Positions 61,008-64,000 of a DNA stretch of 64,000 bases are shown piece after piece. A program made the translations under genes and the position numbers. This stretch comes from Flavobacteriales bacterium (GTDB lineage: Bacteria > Bacteroidota > Bacteroidia > Flavobacteriales_F > PHOS-HE28), in assembly GCA_019912395.1 (NCBI GenBank), contig JAIOIH010000014.1:16800-80799 (forward strand). The letters are read 5' to 3'. Under the pieces are notes generated by a model. It searched no databases. It was not told the DNA's origin and saw nothing but the letters and a program-made list of their open reading frames with translations. Positions within the stretch are counted from its first letter, which is position 1. The number at the start of each line of letters is the position of its first letter.

Positions 61008-61859
61008 TCAACTGGTCTCCATGGTCCGCTGCAGTTCCTTTTCGCGCAGCCTCTGGTCGCGGAATCCGCCCCAGAGCGCGGCACCGATGGCCCCGGCGTA
61101 GATCGCATCGGGATGGGTGCGCACCTCGAAGCCCTTACTGCTTTCCTCCAGGGCCTCGTTGATCGCCTGGATCATGCCCTTGTTGAGGGCCATGCCGCCG
61201 GTGAGCACGATGGGCGAAACGGCCTTCAACGAACTCATCAATTTGATGATGCGCGACGCGATGCTGACGTGGATGCCCTTGATGATGTCCGGTGTGGCGA
61301 TGCCCCGCGAGACCATGTTGATCACGTCCGTTTCGGCCAGCACGGCGCAGATGCCGGAACTGACCTCGGGCTGTGTGCTCGTCAGGGAGACGTCGCCGAC
61401 CTCCTCGATGCTCAGGCCCAAATAGCGCGAGATGTTCTCCAGGAACTGGCCCGAGCCCGAAGCGCATTGCCCGGTCATCTTGTAGTCCTCCACGCGCGCC
61501 TCGGTGGAGATCCGCACGGCGCGGACATAGAGCGCGCCCATGTCCACCACGGTGCGCGCCTCGGGGAAGAAGTAGTTGCCGCCGCGCGCATGGGTGGTCA
61601 TGCCGTAGAAGTGGCCGCGCTTGCGCTTCACCATGTCGCCTTCGCCCGTGCTGGCGAGGTAGGCGATGTCCTCGTACCGGAGCTTGTTGCGCTCCAGCAT
61701 GGACTGCACCATTTCGTCGCCCAAGGCCGAAGGGTCGCGTTTCCGGATCTTCTCCGTGCGCTTGTCGATCACTTGGGGATCCTCGTTGTAGTCCATGAGC
61801 ACCAACTTGATGAAGTTGCTGCCCACATCGATGCCCATGGTGTATGTGCGGTTCTCCAT
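61008..61859 (-). CDS. BadF/BadG/BcrA/BcrD-family ATPase (benzoyl-CoA reductase / 2-hydroxyacyl-CoA dehydratase activase-type subunit)
   Basis: 283 aa with an actin-like phosphate-1 motif (MGIDVGSNFIKLVLM), an Fe-S bridging Cys region (GQCASGSGQF) and a family-characteristic C-terminus. Confidence 0.7.
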   Translation of the reverse strand: MENRTYTMGIDVGSNFIKLVLMDYNEDPQVIDKRTEKIRKRDPSALGDEMVQSMLERNKLRYEDIAYLASTGEGDMVKRKRGHFYGMTTHARGGNYFFPEARTVVDMGALYVRAVRISTEARVEDYKMTGQCASGSGQFLENISRYLGLSIEEVGDVSLTSTQPEVSSGICAVLAETDVINMVSRGIATPDIIKGIHVSIASRIIKLMSSLKAVSPIVLTGGMALNKGMIQAINEALEESSKGFEVRTHPDAIYAGAIGAALWGGFRDQRLREKELQRTMETS

Positions 61860-61868
61860 TGTTTCTCG

Positions 61869-63011
61869 TTAAGCTGTTCCCAATTGCATTTCCACTGTTC
61901 GTTCCGTACACCGTACGCCGCGTTCCTCAAGGTGGTCCATCACCGCTTGGAAGCAGGACCCGTCCGCGCCGACAAGCTCCGGAGGGCAGAGCCCCTTCCG
62001 GGTGAACCCGCCCCGGAGCAGCAGTTCGGCGACCGCCGTACAGGTGTAGCCCGTGGTGCGCGCCATGGAGCTGATGCCGCCTTCGCGATCGAAGCGGTCC
62101 AGCAGTTCATGGGTGTGCGTCCCCGCCGCGTTCTTCAGCGTCACGCGCATCACGGTGAGGTCCTCGTCTTCCGGTTCCATTTCCCACAGCGGGAAAAGCA
62201 GTTTGCTCGTCAGGCGCAAGGGCGACACCATCGTGCCGTCCACATCGATGGGCTCCGGGGAGAACAGGCCGGTGGCGCGGAACACCTTCATCAACTCGGC
62301 GTGTCCGGGATAGCGAAGGGTGCGCTCCACCATGTGCGGCACCTCGGACATGGTGGCCAGCAGCGTGCGCAGGCCGTCGGTGTTGAAGGCCTCGAGGGTG
62401 CCTACCCCTTCCCACTCCATCTCCTCTATTTCGCTCAAGGCTTCGCGCTCCGCGTTGCGGCCGTTCACCCGCATATGTACCGGGCGCGTGTACTCCTCGA
62501 TCACATCAGCGGGCGAGAAGACGGCCTTGTAGCCGAAGGGCCATTCGGGCGTGCCGGGCAATCCACCCACAAGGCATTCGTAGCTGGTGAGGGGGCTCTG
62601 GTGGTGGTGATGACCGGCGATGATGTTGCACAGTCCGGGCGCCACGCCGCAATCGACCACGGCGGTAACGTTCTTCTCCCGCGCTACCTCGTCCAGAACA
62701 AGGGGATCCTCCGGAAAGAACGAGATGTCCACCACGTTGCGCCCGGCCTCTATCACCGTTCGCAGGGTGGCGAAACCCAGGGCACCGGGCACCGCGCCGA
62801 TGATCAGGTCGAACGGGAGCACCGCTTTCGCCAAGGCCTTCCGATCGGTGACATCGAGCACGAGCGGCGTGATCGGATGTTGCCGTGCGAGCGCATCGAG
62901 GGCAGCGGGATCGCGATCGGCACTGGTCACGAGATGCCTACGGCACAGATCGACGGCGATCGCCTTTCCGATCAGACCTGCACCAAGGACCAGTACCTTC
63001 CTTTTGCTCAT
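61869..63011 (-). CDS. Saccharopine-dehydrogenase-like NAD(P)-binding oxidoreductase
   Basis: 380 aa with the N-terminal Rossmann motif KVLVLGAGLIGKAIAVDL and a saccharopine dehydrogenase-family layout. Confidence 0.55.
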   Translation of the reverse strand: MSKRKVLVLGAGLIGKAIAVDLCRRHLVTSADRDPAALDALARQHPITPLVLDVTDRKALAKAVLPFDLIIGAVPGALGFATLRTVIEAGRNVVDISFFPEDPLVLDEVAREKNVTAVVDCGVAPGLCNIIAGHHHHQSPLTSYECLVGGLPGTPEWPFGYKAVFSPADVIEEYTRPVHMRVNGRNAEREALSEIEEMEWEGVGTLEAFNTDGLRTLLATMSEVPHMVERTLRYPGHAELMKVFRATGLFSPEPIDVDGTMVSPLRLTSKLLFPLWEMEPEDEDLTVMRVTLKNAAGTHTHELLDRFDREGGISSMARTTGYTCTAVAELLLRGGFTRKGLCPPELVGADGSCFQAVMDHLEERGVRCTERTVEMQLGTA

Positions 63012-63018
63012 GGCTGTC

Positions 63019-63975
63019 TCACGCGACCTTCGCGCTTTTCTTTTGGTCCGGCAGTTCGGCCTTCACATTGCGCCGGGCGAACATGGCACCACCGAGGGCG
63101 CCCATGAAGATGGAATCGGTGTGGATGTTGATCGTGATCCCCTCGCCGTAGTTCTCCCGCACCAGTTGGCCGAGGTATTTGATCACGGCCTGGTTGCGGG
63201 CCACGCCTCCGGTGAAGGTGAATTCGTTGAACACCCCGCCCGAGCGGGCGATCAGGGACATGGCACGCATGATGATCGCCTTGTGCAGTCCGCCGAGGAT
63301 GTCCTCGCGCTTCTCGCCCAGGTTGGTCAACTCGCGCAATTCGGCCCCCGCGAACACCGTGCAGGTGCTGCAGATGTTCACCTCCTTCTCGGCCTTCAAG
63401 GCCAACGGCCCCAGTTCGTTCAGCGAGATGCTCATCTCGTCGGCGATGTATCCCAGGTAGCGGCCGCATCCGGCGGCGCAGCGGTCGTTCATCTGGAAGC
63501 TGGTCACCAGTCCGTACTGGTCCACCTGGATGGCCTTGGTGTCCTGCCCGCCGATGTCGAGCACGGTGCGGGTGTCGGGGAATACGGCATGGGCACCGAA
63601 GGCATGGCAGAGGATCTCCGAGCGGATGCAGTCCTCGGGGAAGGGCAACAGGGCCCGTCCGTAACCGGTGCCGGTCATGTTGGCGATCTGGAAGTCCAGG
63701 CCGGCCACTTCGTCGATGCGTTCGCGCAGCGATTCGGCCACGGTGTTGAACTGTCCTTTCAAGAGGTACATCTCCTGATCGAAGGCGGGGCCGTCCACGA
63801 TGGTGGATCCCTGCGGCTCATCGGGCAGGTTGGCATACTTGTCCTTGAGCAGTTCCATGGCCTCATGCACCAGGGTCTTGAACTCGAACTTCACCACCTC
63901 GTTCTCCGCCGGGGTGATGCTCTTGTCCCAAACGGTCATCAGCGGCTCGAAGAGCTCGGTGGGAAGGAGGGACAC
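63019..63975 (-). CDS. BadF/BadG/BcrA/BcrD-family ATPase (second activase-type subunit)
   Basis: 318 aa with phosphate motif VLDIGGQDTKAI and Cys region MNDRCAAGCGRYL. The N-terminus lies near the window end, so the start is not fully verifiable. Confidence 0.65.
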   Translation of the reverse strand: MSLLPTELFEPLMTVWDKSITPAENEVVKFEFKTLVHEAMELLKDKYANLPDEPQGSTIVDGPAFDQEMYLLKGQFNTVAESLRERIDEVAGLDFQIANMTGTGYGRALLPFPEDCIRSEILCHAFGAHAVFPDTRTVLDIGGQDTKAIQVDQYGLVTSFQMNDRCAAGCGRYLGYIADEMSISLNELGPLALKAEKEVNICSTCTVFAGAELRELTNLGEKREDILGGLHKAIIMRAMSLIARSGGVFNEFTFTGGVARNQAVIKYLGQLVRENYGEGITINIHTDSIFMGALGGAMFARRNVKAELPDQKKSAKVA

Positions 63976-64000
63976 CTGCTCATTGTACTTCTCCGAGACG

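Noticed and set aside
61113-63107. 664-aa + strand ORF
   Set aside because: Antisense to the BcrA/D-like ATPase and saccharopine-dehydrogenase-like genes.

Overview
This is a high-GC (~65%) bacterial chromosomal segment. Two secreted proteins end in Por/T9SS C-terminal sorting domains, which suggests a Bacteroidota/FCB-group organism (inference). Reading left to right:

- **1–6.8 kb, copper/redox module:** a minus-strand secreted protein, an MbnP-like lipoprotein with a di-heme cytochrome c peroxidase (MbnH-like), a Crp/Fnr regulator, a DUF302 protein and a multicopper oxidase.
- **7–10.2 kb:** a QueD/PTPS-like gene and two tandem paralogous tryptophanase/tyrosine-phenol-lyase genes.
- **10.4–20.2 kb, nitrate respiration:** a respiratory nitrate reductase operon narC-like-GHJI on the minus strand, followed by molybdenum-cofactor genes (ModE-like regulator, moaE, moaC-mog fusion).
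- **21.6–37.1 kb, CRISPR-Cas:** a complete type I-C locus (cas3-cas5c-cas8c-cas7c-cas4-cas1-cas2) and a very large array of ~108 spacers with a 37-bp repeat.
- **37.1–48.6 kb, accessory/defence island:** a LuxR-type regulator beside an array of ~9 copies of a 42-bp (2x21-bp) palindromic lux-box-like tandem repeat; hypothetical genes; a translationally coupled methyltransferase plus putative endonuclease (R-M-like) pair; a haem-binding-domain protein; and a DUF4145–TM–TPR protein. The segments are delimited by four clusters of a mosaic REP/MITE-like repeat family and by a ~390-bp direct duplication of the 3' end of a fadB-like gene.
- **48.6–64 kb, anaerobic acyl-CoA catabolism:** a long minus-strand operon with Dch/Had/Oah-like enzymes, thiolase, HAD/ECH fusion, an acyl-CoA ligase, a radical SAM protein, HgdB/BcrB-like and three BadF/BadG/BcrA/BcrD-type ATPases (one fused to a PanE-like reductase).

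Several long ORFs in the supplied track are antisense or repeat artefacts and are listed under noticed_but_rejected.
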